A stretch of DNA of 64,000 nucleotides, taken from IMG/VR virus record IMGVR_UViG_3300030419_006315. One strand, written 5' to 3'. This document shows, in pieces, positions 48,036-57,258 of the stretch (positions are counted from its first letter, which is position 1; the number at the start of each line of letters is the position of its first letter). The notes under the pieces are model-generated. The model did no database searches. It had not been told where the DNA came from and saw only the letters and a list, made by a program, of their open reading frames with translations. The stretch comes from an uncultured virus (IMG/VR IMGVR_UViG_3300030419_006315) (lineage: Duplodnaviria; Heunggongvirae; Uroviricota; Caudoviricetes). The position numbers and the translations under genes are program-made.

Positions 48036-49741
48036 TGGCCCGGGCCTGGAGAATTATGGCAATAGCCTATCTTCTGTTTACGGTAGGTTTCGGCGTTGTC
48101 ATGCAACAAGCGTGCAGTGCCGTAGCTACATCTAATGTGCATCCCTATGCTGGCCCCGTATGTCAGATAGGTATGCGTCAGAATTGCCCATGTGAAGGGG
48201 AATGGGGCTGGCAAGACTGTGAAGAGAAGGCGGAAGGATACTTCACTTGGGCAGAATGTCAGTGCGAAGGCGAGTACCCCGACGTTACGACAGAGCCAGA
48301 TCCGAAACCAGCTAAGGAAGAGGAAGGCGAAGAAGGCGAAGGCGAGGGTGAAGGAGAGGTCGCGGAAGGAGAAGGTGAGGGAGAGGCTGCTGAAGGTGAG
48401 GGTGAAGAGGAGCCCGCAGAGGGAGAGCCAGAACCAGCCGAAGGGGAAGGAGAGGAAGGCGAAGGTGAAAAGGGAGAAGGTGAAGGCGAGGGTGAAGGGG
48501 AAGAAGAACTAGAGTGCGAAGAGTTGCAGCTAATGTGCGAAGATTTGCAGCAGTGCATCCCTGAAGAGTGGCGATGTGATCACGAGGAAGACTGTGAAGA
48601 TGGGAGCGATGAGTGGGATTGTCCTCCGCCCGAGCCCCGCCCAGGACAAAACTTAGGCGACGACTGCACGGGAGATCACAATATTTGTGTGGGTGATTTG
48701 ACATGCTTAGGTTACAACCATAGCGGCCATGAAGGTCGCATATGCACGATCGGCTGCCAATTGGATGAAGATTGTGATGATGAAGATTTTAGATGCATGC
48801 AGCCCGCAGAAGGGCTTGGTTGGTGCCTGCCTTCGGATACTTTCCCAGAAGACCCTGGGTGTGAGGATAACGAGTTTGAGTGTCACGATGGATCCGACTG
48901 CGTTCCTCCTGAAGAAATGTGCGATGGTGAAAACAATTGTGACGATGGCACGGATGAAGCTGATTGCCCCGAGCCCGAACCGGAAGAGTTCTGCTGCGCC
49001 GATGGCATAGGGTGTGTGCCATTGGACAAGCAATGCAACGGCGATAACGACTGCGTTGACCATAGTGATGAGTTTAATTGCCCAGCGCGAGGATGCGGAC
49101 CCCTCTCTGATTGCTTTGGCGGGTGCCATTGCCCAGACGCTAACTCAGATGGGCGGTGTGATGATCGCGACCGCGAAGTAGGCGATGTCCACGATTGTAT
49201 CCAAGAGTGTATCGACACAATTGGTCAGGACTCCTGGCAGGCTTACCAGGCACGCAACCAATGTATGAATGACAATTGTCCATGGGATGTGACAGGTGGT
49301 AACGCTTGGGAAGAATATATTTGCTCTATGCGCCACTGCTTGCCCGAATTGCAGGCATGCGGCGATAGCTATGACACTGGGGACATTCCTTTTGAATGTG
49401 CCGAGAACCAGTTCCAGTGCTCCGGTCAAGAACGCTGCATTCCTGAGGAGTGGGTCTGCGATGGGGATAATGACTGTGGAGATATGTCGGACGAGCCCGC
49501 TGATCAGTGCGCCCCGCCTGAGCCAGAAGATTTGTGTGAGGGCTATGAATATAAAGTTTGTGCCGCTAATGCTGACTGTGGCGCAGACGGTTTCTGTCAT
49601 AACATAAGATCTATGTCTGACGGCGGGTCTTGCTTGCCAAGCTCATGTCAGTGCGACCCTACGACGGGGCTCCCTGGAAACGCTTGTACTCGAATGTGTG
49701 TTAACATGGGAGCACCCCGCGGTTTATGCGGACCAATATAA
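48035..49741 (+). CDS. secreted protein with four LDL-receptor class A repeats and Glu-Gly linker
   Basis: e.g. CAENQFQCSGQERCIPEEWVCDGDNDCGDMSDE; DCEDGSDE; N-terminal TM/signal. Confidence 0.85.
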   Translation: MARAWRIMAIAYLLFTVGFGVVMQQACSAVATSNVHPYAGPVCQIGMRQNCPCEGEWGWQDCEEKAEGYFTWAECQCEGEYPDVTTEPDPKPAKEEEGEEGEGEGEGEVAEGEGEGEAAEGEGEEEPAEGEPEPAEGEGEEGEGEKGEGEGEGEGEEELECEELQLMCEDLQQCIPEEWRCDHEEDCEDGSDEWDCPPPEPRPGQNLGDDCTGDHNICVGDLTCLGYNHSGHEGRICTIGCQLDEDCDDEDFRCMQPAEGLGWCLPSDTFPEDPGCEDNEFECHDGSDCVPPEEMCDGENNCDDGTDEADCPEPEPEEFCCADGIGCVPLDKQCNGDNDCVDHSDEFNCPARGCGPLSDCFGGCHCPDANSDGRCDDRDREVGDVHDCIQECIDTIGQDSWQAYQARNQCMNDNCPWDVTGGNAWEEYICSMRHCLPELQACGDSYDTGDIPFECAENQFQCSGQERCIPEEWVCDGDNDCGDMSDEPADQCAPPEPEDLCEGYEYKVCAANADCGADGFCHNIRSMSDGGSCLPSSCQCDPTTGLPGNACTRMCVNMGAPRGLCGPI

Positions 49742-49797
49742 ACTGCTCTTTGTTTATATTAAAACTATTTACTTCTGTGATATAATAAGAGAAAGCT

Positions 49798-50157
49798 ATG
49801 CATAACTACATAAAAAATTGGAAACAATATCTTCTCAAAGAGCAAACTGGCTATGAATACAAGTCTTTTCAGATACTTGTCAGAATCAGAACCAGTAAAG
49901 AGCTTGGTGGAGATAAATATGAGACAATCGGAGAGATCAGGTCCATCCCCGGTGTAACGGTGGTATCATACGTCCCTGAATCTGGCCGTGAAGACTCCAG
50001 CCATTACTATGACACAGTTAAGGTTAAGTTTTGTTGTACTCAAAGTGTAAAGATATCTCCAAGATCATTCGTGAATAGAATATTGAGAAAAGAGATGAAT
50101 AAGATTCAGGGAATTAATGTGGAAAAGTTCGTTGGAAACATCGAGAGGGTTGCATAA
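49798..50157 (+). CDS. hypothetical protein with N-terminal W-x-x-phi-L-x-E leader
   Basis: MHNYIKNWKQYLLKE; ACTATTTA upstream. Confidence 0.65.
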   Translation: MHNYIKNWKQYLLKEQTGYEYKSFQILVRIRTSKELGGDKYETIGEIRSIPGVTVVSYVPESGREDSSHYYDTVKVKFCCTQSVKISPRSFVNRILRKEMNKIQGINVEKFVGNIERVA

Positions 50158-51149
50158 TGTTTGAAGATATGAATCCAGAACATATTGACCTCTCCAGTTT
50201 TAAATTGCAGGATACATTGCACCCCAAGTTTTGGTCCAAGGCGAAGAAGCTGGACCCCACGATTGCAAGAAGGTTGATAAAAATTGCAAAGGAGTTCTTT
50301 GAAGGTTTAGACCTACCTCATGTTCAGATTTTAGATATTACCTTTACTGGGTCTTTAGCTAATTTTAATTGGTCCAACTACTCTGACGTTGATTTACACA
50401 TTATCGTTGATTACAACGAGGTTGATGAGAATGAGCAAATTGTCAGAGAAATGTTTAATGCCAAAAAGGCTATCTGGAATAGACAACATGACATAAGGAT
50501 ATTTGGTTTCGAGGTGGAAATGTATGTACAAAATTCACGGGAACCACATCATTCTTCTGGCGTTTATTCGATCATGAGGAATGATTGGGAGACAGAACCC
50601 AGCAAGACTCGTCCTGAGATTGAGTGGGATCAGATAAAGATTAAGGCCGCATCACTCATCGACCAGATTGATAGGGCTAAAGAGCTTTACCATTCTAGGG
50701 ATTATGAGAATGCCATGCACACTGCCAAAATGATAAAGGGTAAGATAAAGAATTACCGTCAGGCCGGTTTGGAAAGCGATGCAGGCGAGTATTCTGTTGA
50801 AAATTTAGCGTTTAAAGTTTTGAGAAGGTTGAGCTACTTGGGAGATCTCAACGACATCAAAGATGGATCTTACGATGCACTGATGAGCATTAGAGATGAG
50901 GCTGGCTTGCCATCGTTCTACGAAGAGCACACAGAGCCATTTCAAAAGAAGGTGGCAGCAAAGCATAGCAGAAACAGGCTTACCGACAAGGGTAAGAAAA
51001 GAAAGACCAAGCCATACAACATCAATCCACCAAAGAGAAGAGGAAAAAGCGCCCCTCCAATCGGAGAAGAAGTTGAACAACTATCCGAAAGTGTGGTAGA
51101 ATCTAGTTCTAACTATTGGAGTGCTAAATGGGATTGGATAACGAAATGA
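50157..51149 (+). CDS. Pol-beta superfamily nucleotidyltransferase
   Basis: FTGSLANFNW..YSDVDLH (GS..DxD), FEVEMYV. Confidence 0.78.
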   Translation: MFEDMNPEHIDLSSFKLQDTLHPKFWSKAKKLDPTIARRLIKIAKEFFEGLDLPHVQILDITFTGSLANFNWSNYSDVDLHIIVDYNEVDENEQIVREMFNAKKAIWNRQHDIRIFGFEVEMYVQNSREPHHSSGVYSIMRNDWETEPSKTRPEIEWDQIKIKAASLIDQIDRAKELYHSRDYENAMHTAKMIKGKIKNYRQAGLESDAGEYSVENLAFKVLRRLSYLGDLNDIKDGSYDALMSIRDEAGLPSFYEEHTEPFQKKVAAKHSRNRLTDKGKKRKTKPYNINPPKRRGKSAPPIGEEVEQLSESVVESSSNYWSAKWDWITK

Positions 51150-51565
51150 GAACAATAATGGTGTCGGGAGGCATGGACCCCATCCATGTCGGCCATTTGC
51201 GAATGATTCAGGCCGCGGCCAAACTCGGAAGGGTTGTCGTAGCTCTAAATTCTGATGACTGGCTCATGAGGAAGAAGGGCTATATTTTTATGCCATGGGA
51301 AGAGAGAGCCGAGATACTGCGTGGCATAGAGGGCGTACATGAGGTTGTAGACGTTGATGATTCAGATGGCACTGTATGTGAGGCTCTGCGACGTGTTCAG
51401 CCTAAGATGTTCGGCAACGGTGGAGATAGAAAAGTTCACAATACACCCGAGCAAGATGTGTGCAAGGAATTTGCAATAGATTTGGTTTGGGGTTTAGGCG
51501 GCGGGAAAGTACAGAGTAGCAGTGAATTGGTTGAAACTGCTCGCTCCGATGGCGCTGATGTATAG
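51146..51565 (+). CDS. cytidyltransferase-like protein (TagD/RfaE-II/FAD synthase family)
   Basis: SGGMDPIHVGH, VVALNSD..L.RKKG, ERAEI, NGGDR, QSSS. Confidence 0.88.
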   Translation: MRTIMVSGGMDPIHVGHLRMIQAAAKLGRVVVALNSDDWLMRKKGYIFMPWEERAEILRGIEGVHEVVDVDDSDGTVCEALRRVQPKMFGNGGDRKVHNTPEQDVCKEFAIDLVWGLGGGKVQSSSELVETARSDGADV

Positions 51566-52037
51566 TTGGTTTGCTGGCGACGGCACCCCGGTTGATTTTG
51601 CTCAAATAATAGAAACTGTAGAAGAACATTATTTTAAAGATGGCACAGTATATGTGGGCTCCGATAGCCAGCCCCATAACGGTGGTTGCATCTTGTCGAG
51701 TGCCATTGTGTTGCATGGTGCTGAAGGACAACAAGGCGGCCACTACTTCATAACAAGGGAAAAGATTACATCGAAAGGCATGACGGTTTTGGCAACAAGG
51801 ATTTTAGCTGAAACAGAGAAAACAATAAGAATTGCCCACGATATCGTACACCTGTTTCCAGACATAAAGATTGAGCTTCATGTAGATGTGAGTAACACTG
51901 ACAAAAAGGCCGCTACGAGCAACCTAGCGTCCATGGTTGTCGGATATGTTACTGGCAATGGCTTTACCTGTAAAATCAAGCCTGAGGCGTTTGCAGCGGC
52001 CTCTGTGGCCGATAAACATTCAAAAGGCAGACCTTAA
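51558..52037 (+). CDS. RNase H-like YkuK (DUF458) family protein
   Basis: VYVGSDSQ, R...E, IELHVDV, IKP.AFAA.SVADK. Confidence 0.85.
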   Translation: MYSWFAGDGTPVDFAQIIETVEEHYFKDGTVYVGSDSQPHNGGCILSSAIVLHGAEGQQGGHYFITREKITSKGMTVLATRILAETEKTIRIAHDIVHLFPDIKIELHVDVSNTDKKAATSNLASMVVGYVTGNGFTCKIKPEAFAAASVADKHSKGRP

Positions 52038-52049
52038 ATGATAGATAGG

Positions 52050-52096
52050 TTTGTCACATTACTGACTATTTAGTAGCAATATGAAGATAAAAGAGA
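52050..52096 (+). repeat. 47-bp direct repeat, left copy (promoter motif plus first 5 codons)
   Basis: TTTGTCACATTACTGACTATTTAGTAGCAATATGAAGATAAAAGAGA. Confidence 0.95.
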
Positions 52097-53601
52097 CCAT
52101 GTTGGATAAGGTGTTTGAGTTTGGAGATGTGCTTATTAACCCCTCCCGCGCTGCGCTACGAGATTTAGCTCAGCCTGGGGAAATGACGACCCGATGGGGC
52201 AGCCCGGCTTACATCAGCCGGGTGCGCTCTCGGTCGGCTGCGTTCACCGTCACTGATATTGATGACGGCTTCTCGCCGGAGGATCTCGATGAGGTTCGTG
52301 CGGTGCGAGAGTATCTCTCTGATAAAGAGATGTTGCAGGTCGATCGAGTCATGGGCATGGACGCCGAGCGTAGTTTTCGCTGTCGGTTGTACATTCGTCC
52401 TTCTCTCGCCCGTGTGGCGATGATGTGGCAAGCCAGCTTGTTTGCCCACAATACGGGCGACGCTCGCGGGCCGGACTTCGTTACGGTGTACGTCCCAGAA
52501 TGGCATCGCCGTCGGATTCTGGTGAGTCTGGAGACAGGGCTCACCCTCGTGCTTGGTGTGGATTACTACGGCGAAAGCAAGATGTCGTTCTTGCGCCAGG
52601 CGATGTACGCCGCGAAGACCCGTTGGGGCGGGATCGGGCTGCATGCCGGGTCCAAGCTTCTGACCGTCAGAAATGCAGAAACCAATGAATTGCAGGAGCG
52701 GGGCGCCATTTTCTTTGGTCTCTCCGGGACGGGCAAGACGAGTTTGACCTGCCACCATCATGAGCTGGAAGGCGAGGAGACGGTGGAGATTCTCCAAGAC
52801 GACATCGTGTTCATGGACGCGAGCGGCGCCTGTTATGGAACAGAGGAAGGCTTCTACATCAAGACCGAGGGCCTCGATCCCAAAGATCAAGAGCTGTTGT
52901 ACGACGCTGCGATCTCCGAGAACGCCATCTTTGAGAACACTTGGGTGGGCCCGGACCGTGAGGTGGATTTCGAGAATGGCGCCCTCACGGGGAATGGGCG
53001 CGCCTTGGTGTTAAGGCCCGAGGTGAAGAACACCTCCGAGCGCATTGATTTGAAGAAATCTCATCTTGTGTTCTTCATCACGAGAAACCAGACCATCGTC
53101 CCGCCTGTTGCGAGACTCAACCCTGCCCAGGCAGCGGCTGCTTTCATGTTGGGTGAGTCGATCAAGACCAGCGCAGCGGATCCCACCGCCAAGGGTGAGC
53201 CTGTTCGATGCGTGGGTACCAACCCCTTCATCGTGGGTTCGCTCTCGGCCGAGGGGAATCGTTTCTACGACATCATTAAGCGCAACGCGGACGACATTGA
53301 GTGTTTCTTATTGAACACCGGCAAGATTGGGGGCCCACAGGGTGAAAAGATCTCGTTGATGGCGAGCCAGGCCATTATTCGAGAGTTGGCCCGCGGGACA
53401 GTGCAGTGGAAAAAGGATGCCGATTGGGGTTACGAGACCCCTGTCTCCATTCCTGGTCTCGAAGTTGAACAGTTTGAGCCCCAACGCTTCTACAGTGATC
53501 AAGAGCTGAACGAACTCACCTCGGAGTTGAAGGCCGATCGCCAGGAGTGGCTGTCTTCGTTCCCAGGTCTAGATGAGGAGATTGTCGAGGTCTTTCAATA
53601 A
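52081..53601 (+). CDS. pckA: phosphoenolpyruvate carboxykinase (ATP)
   Basis: RSRSA, YYGESK, GLHAGSK, FFGLSGTGKTSL, QDD, GTE.GFYIKT, NGR, TNPF, LLNTG; visibly GC-richer than flanks. Confidence 0.9.
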   Translation: MKIKETMLDKVFEFGDVLINPSRAALRDLAQPGEMTTRWGSPAYISRVRSRSAAFTVTDIDDGFSPEDLDEVRAVREYLSDKEMLQVDRVMGMDAERSFRCRLYIRPSLARVAMMWQASLFAHNTGDARGPDFVTVYVPEWHRRRILVSLETGLTLVLGVDYYGESKMSFLRQAMYAAKTRWGGIGLHAGSKLLTVRNAETNELQERGAIFFGLSGTGKTSLTCHHHELEGEETVEILQDDIVFMDASGACYGTEEGFYIKTEGLDPKDQELLYDAAISENAIFENTWVGPDREVDFENGALTGNGRALVLRPEVKNTSERIDLKKSHLVFFITRNQTIVPPVARLNPAQAAAAFMLGESIKTSAADPTAKGEPVRCVGTNPFIVGSLSAEGNRFYDIIKRNADDIECFLLNTGKIGGPQGEKISLMASQAIIRELARGTVQWKKDADWGYETPVSIPGLEVEQFEPQRFYSDQELNELTSELKADRQEWLSSFPGLDEEIVEVFQ

Positions 53602-53606
53602 GAAGA

Positions 53607-53653
53607 TTTGTCACATTACTGACTATTTAGTAGTAATATGAAGATAAAAGAGA
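53607..53653 (+). repeat. 47-bp direct repeat, right copy
   Basis: 46/47 identical to 52050-52096. Confidence 0.95.
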
Positions 53654-53820
53654 TAGAGCTATCAACACTCCTAACTTTGGCGGGCATCATCGCAATGGGC
53701 GCTGGATTTGTTTATACAGCAGAGTATAGGCTAGGCGCTATTGAGCAAAGACTTGAACAGGTTGAAGAAAGTCAAAAAAAGTTAGGAAAGAAAATCAATA
53801 AGTTGAACAAGAAGAAATAA
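53638..53820 (+). CDS. small membrane protein with coiled coil
   Basis: TM helix; starts MKIKE like pckA. Confidence 0.65.
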   Translation: MKIKEIELSTLLTLAGIIAMGAGFVYTAEYRLGAIEQRLEQVEESQKKLGKKINKLNKKK

Positions 53821-53821
53821 T

Positions 53822-54013
53822 ATGTGCTTGATTTGTATAGAAATAGATAAAGGTAGGTTGACTTTTGAAGAAGGGTGGAGAAACCTTAGCGAGATGGAAG
53901 TCAGCTTAGAAGAAGACCACATACCTGTTGTGAAACAAAAGTTGATAGACAAGATGTTAGAGGAAGCCCGCGAGGCGCAGGCGCTTGAAAATGGAGACTC
54001 CAGTGACAAATGA
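53822..54013 (+). CDS. small hypothetical protein
   Basis: MCLIC start; coupled to neighbours. Confidence 0.6.
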   Translation: MCLICIEIDKGRLTFEEGWRNLSEMEVSLEEDHIPVVKQKLIDKMLEEAREAQALENGDSSDK

Positions 54014-54339
54014 GCCCAGACGATTTAAAAATACTAACAACGGATCTCATGGGCACATACGGTTGGCTTTTTGTTGTGGGCTTCGTAACAATGATGTTCA
54101 AGAATTTGATAGCAAATACTTTGGCTGGCGTGATGTTCATGTTTGGCAGCGATTTTGATACGGACGACATAGTTTATATCAACGGTGAAAAGAAAGCAAG
54201 AATAGTTAGGCAAACGCCAAATAAAACTGTTTTTCATTTACTTGAAACAGATAGAAAGCTGATTGTCCCCAACACAGAGCTATATAAATTGAGAGTCGAA
54301 AAGGTTTTGCCGGGATCGAAAAACGGAACGGAATTATGA
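54010..54339 (+). CDS. minimal MscS-like membrane protein
   Basis: TM + K.LIAN.LAG..F....F..DD.V.I.G....I......T......LIVPN..L. Confidence 0.6.
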   Translation: MSPDDLKILTTDLMGTYGWLFVVGFVTMMFKNLIANTLAGVMFMFGSDFDTDDIVYINGEKKARIVRQTPNKTVFHLLETDRKLIVPNTELYKLRVEKVLPGSKNGTEL

Positions 54340-54941
54340 AACTTATACTTGAAAATTGGAAAAAGTTTCTAAATGAAAGCAAGCTCCGTGTTTTTGATTT
54401 CGACGACACATTGGTCGCCACAGACTCGATGGTGTATCTCACTCTTCCAGACGGGAGCGAGAAGGAGATAACACCAGCGGAGTTCGCTACTTATCAATTG
54501 AAAGATGGCGAGTCCTTTGACGAAGATCCAGAGAGTGCTAACTTTGCATACAGAGAGTTCGGACAGATAAAGAATCCTAAAGAAATACCTTTTGTAATGA
54601 ACATTTTGAAAAGTGTAGTAAAGAAAGAGATGCAAGATCCAGAAGACCGTAAAATTGTTATCTTGACAGCAAGGGCACATAATGCTAGAATACCCATACT
54701 AACATTTCTGGAATATGTCCTCGGCACTTCCGCAGCAGAAAAGGTGGAGGTCCACACACTTGGAGACAAAGATCCCAATGCGAAGAGTGGCTGGATTGAG
54801 GCTGAAATAATGCAGGGTGCAACTGACATTGAATTTTTTGATGATTCCGGTCCCAACGTAGAAGCGGTGGCCGCACTAAAAGAAAAGTATCCTGAAGTGC
54901 GTTTGCGTTCACGGAGAATAATTAAAAGGGGAGAGGGATAA
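54336..54941 (+). CDS. HAD-superfamily phosphatase with N-terminal leader
   Basis: MKLILENWKKFLNES; VFDFDDTL, ILTAR, K, FFDDS..N. Confidence 0.8.
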   Translation: MKLILENWKKFLNESKLRVFDFDDTLVATDSMVYLTLPDGSEKEITPAEFATYQLKDGESFDEDPESANFAYREFGQIKNPKEIPFVMNILKSVVKKEMQDPEDRKIVILTARAHNARIPILTFLEYVLGTSAAEKVEVHTLGDKDPNAKSGWIEAEIMQGATDIEFFDDSGPNVEAVAALKEKYPEVRLRSRRIIKRGEG

Positions 54942-54944
54942 TAG

Positions 54945-55538
54945 ATGAAGAAACTAATGAAGGAGTGGAAGCTATTGCTTGAATCAGCGACGATGGACAA
55001 TGTTGTTGTTGCAATCTTTGGGCCAACTGGCTGCGGAAAGACAACTTACAAGAATCACCTTACAGACAAGGGCTGGAGGCATATAAAGTCATTCACCACT
55101 CGACCACCAAGACCCTTGGAAGACAGCGAGTACCACTTTGTCTCGCCTAAAGAATATAATGATATGTTCAGCAGAGGATTATTGATGAACACAAATCGTT
55201 ATGATGGGCACTATTATGGAACGAACGTAAACGATTTTATGCAAACTGGCAAATCTGTTATTATAACTGACGTAACCAGCTTGTACAAACTACACCGTGC
55301 TGCAACACAAAATGGTAAAGATATCAGGTTCATGCATTGTGCGATCGAAGACCCAGAAGAACTTGAAAGAAGACACATCTCAAGGGGCACTCCTGACCGC
55401 GTTGCGTTGATGAAAAAAGAATTGCAGGACGATGCTTACCAAAAATCTCTCACCATCCCAGGAATCAGAGAGAGGATGTATATTGTTTATGACATCGAGG
55501 ACTTGGACGAGTTTGTCGAGGAAATAAAGAATGAGTAA
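54945..55538 (+). CDS. guanylate kinase-like protein with N-terminal leader
   Basis: MKKLMKEWKLLLES; GPTGCGKTT, SFTTRPPR, YHFVS, YDGHYYGT. Confidence 0.82.
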   Translation: MKKLMKEWKLLLESATMDNVVVAIFGPTGCGKTTYKNHLTDKGWRHIKSFTTRPPRPLEDSEYHFVSPKEYNDMFSRGLLMNTNRYDGHYYGTNVNDFMQTGKSVIITDVTSLYKLHRAATQNGKDIRFMHCAIEDPEELERRHISRGTPDRVALMKKELQDDAYQKSLTIPGIRERMYIVYDIEDLDEFVEEIKNE

Positions 55539-55749
55539 GATTTTTTATATTATGATGGTGACATTGCTTATGTCATGCGCCTCCTGGTTGGAGCCCGCCT
55601 GTATCAACTTGAAACCTGGCACTGTTGAGATGTGCCGTTGTTTGCGTAGGATGGGAGATTTCAAGGCAGCACATAAGTGCAATTTGAAACTTTATGAAAC
55701 GGAAAAGAATCACAACGACCCTTATGCACCATACGGCCGGTATAGATGA
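55531..55749 (+). CDS. small Cys-rich lipoprotein
   Basis: signal peptide ending LLMSC. Confidence 0.55.
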   Translation: MSKIFYIMMVTLLMSCASWLEPACINLKPGTVEMCRCLRRMGDFKAAHKCNLKLYETEKNHNDPYAPYGRYR

Positions 55750-56429
55750 TTGACTACTATAGCACTCTCGGCTTAGAACGCGGCGCATCCAAAGATCAAA
55801 TAAAGAAAGCCTACCGCAAATTAGCTCAAAAGTACCATCCAGATAAAAACCAAGGCAACAAAGAGGCTGAAGAGAAGTTCAAGAGAATTAGCGAAGCCTA
55901 CACGATTCTCCATGACGACCAGGCCAGGGTCGAATACGATCTAAGGACCAATCCTAATCCACGCTTCGACCCACACAGCCCTTTCCCTGGAGGTTTTGGT
56001 TTTGGGTTTGAGTCGATGTTCAACGATTTCTTCAACCCAGGAAGTCCAGGTTTCCGTGCAGCCCCCCCTCCACCGCAACCAAAGAAGAAAAAAGAAAAAG
56101 CTGTAAACTTTACCGTGCCTCTTAAAAGTTTAAAGAAGAAGGTAAAGATAAAACAAACTTTTAAAATAAAAGAGGAAGTGATCTGCGGTGATTGCGGCGG
56201 CGTCGGTGGCGATCACCGAACCAAGTGTGTAGTGTGCAAAGGCTCGGGTGAAGTTCACACTATGACAAACTTGGGAAATAATATGGTTGTGAGAACCGTG
56301 CAGCCATGTGCTTATTGTGAAGGCACTGGACAGACGTTTGAAAACAAGTGCGGCACCTGTAATGGTAAGGGAGTGAAGATGGAGAAGGTTGTTTACGAGG
56401 CCATAATAGAGTGTAAGAAGAAGAAGTAA
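55746..56429 (+). CDS. dnaJ: DnaJ chaperone (J domain, G/F region, Zn finger; C-terminus truncated)
   Basis: [19 protein letters not shown], four CxxCxGxG repeats. Confidence 0.9.
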   Translation: MIDYYSTLGLERGASKDQIKKAYRKLAQKYHPDKNQGNKEAEEKFKRISEAYTILHDDQARVEYDLRTNPNPRFDPHSPFPGGFGFGFESMFNDFFNPGSPGFRAAPPPPQPKKKKEKAVNFTVPLKSLKKKVKIKQTFKIKEEVICGDCGGVGGDHRTKCVVCKGSGEVHTMTNLGNNMVVRTVQPCAYCEGTGQTFENKCGTCNGKGVKMEKVVYEAIIECKKKK

Positions 56430-56648
56430 CTAAGCAGCCCCCGGTATTACTTGCCAAGACTCCGCTGCCATTGTGTTGCCAAGCTCATCTTCTCGAATCA
56501 TCGTCAGCCTGCCACTTTGAACACAAAACATTCTCCAGAAATGAAAGTTATAAATATGGCTTACACGCTTCTCTATGAGGATATATTTTGCTTGTGTATT
56601 CTTATTCAGAAGCAAATCGCCTTCTTTCATTACCTTTCTACGTTTCAT
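56430..56648 (-). CDS. small xxGDL-family protein
   Basis: MKEGDLLL motif. Confidence 0.55.
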   Translation of the reverse strand: MKRRKVMKEGDLLLNKNTQAKYILIEKRVSHIYNFHFWRMFCVQSGRLTMIREDELGNTMAAESWQVIPGAA

Positions 56649-56671
56649 GCTATAACTAGGTTATAGGAACA

Positions 56672-56875
56672 CTAACCGTTCGATTTGATTCGTCTGATTC
56701 TTAATTTATGCACCTCTCTCACAACTTTGCCATCGATTAGTACATCCCACAACCATTCATGATGTCGGTACATTCCGTTATGTTCAGATATGCAAAGCAA
56801 GATGCCTAATTGGGGCTCTTGGTTGAATAGCTCGACCTCTACTAGATCGCCTACTTTTAGTGGTTGACGTGGCAT
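56672..56875 (-). CDS. small xVGDLV-family protein
   Basis: LKVGDLVEV...LGIL...WDVL. Confidence 0.65.
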   Translation of the reverse strand: MPRQPLKVGDLVEVELFNQEPQLGILLCISEHNGMYRHHEWLWDVLIDGKVVREVHKLRIRRIKSNG

Positions 56876-56909
56876 AGTTCACCCTTACCAGTAAGTAGGG
56901 TGCACTATG
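56873..56909 (-). promoter_or_regulatory. hairpin covering RBS and ATG, with CTACTTA at the stem/loop junction
   Basis: minus strand CATAGT-G-CACCCT-ACTTACTGGTA-AGGGTG-A-ACTATG. Confidence 0.55.
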
Positions 56910-56915
56910 TTTGAA

Positions 56916-57065
56916 TTATCTTTTATATGGAATTATATCTTTCGTAAGAACCCACACAGGTCGCCCGTAGATGCCCCAAAACACAAAGGCACTTTCTTCT
57001 TTTAGCTTCACCACAACACCAGGGTGTGTACCGGAGACATATTGAACAACATCGCCCTTTTTCAT
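56916..57065 (-). CDS. small xxGDVV-family protein (49 aa, not in ORF track)
   Basis: MKKGDVVQYVSGTHPGVVVKLKEESAFVFWG... Confidence 0.55.
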   Translation of the reverse strand: MKKGDVVQYVSGTHPGVVVKLKEESAFVFWGIYGRPVWVLTKDIIPYKR

Positions 57066-57258
57066 TTCTTATTGCCCTCTCTTATAGCAAACGCCAACGT
57101 CAGACCCCCAGCAAGGAGCACAAAAAACATCATATCAAGATACGCATACATTCAAACAGAATCATCCCATTCGTCATTGTCGAGTATCGCGAATATCACA
57201 CAGAGGATAAGCAGGAATCCAAAAATTTTAAATACATATTCTACTAATTCATTTTCAG

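Noticed and set aside
48259..48558. Minus-strand Ser-Pro repeat ORF (and the similar Ser-rich ORF at 31364-31873)
   Set aside because: Antisense shadows of Glu-Gly/Glu-rich coding repeats on the plus strand
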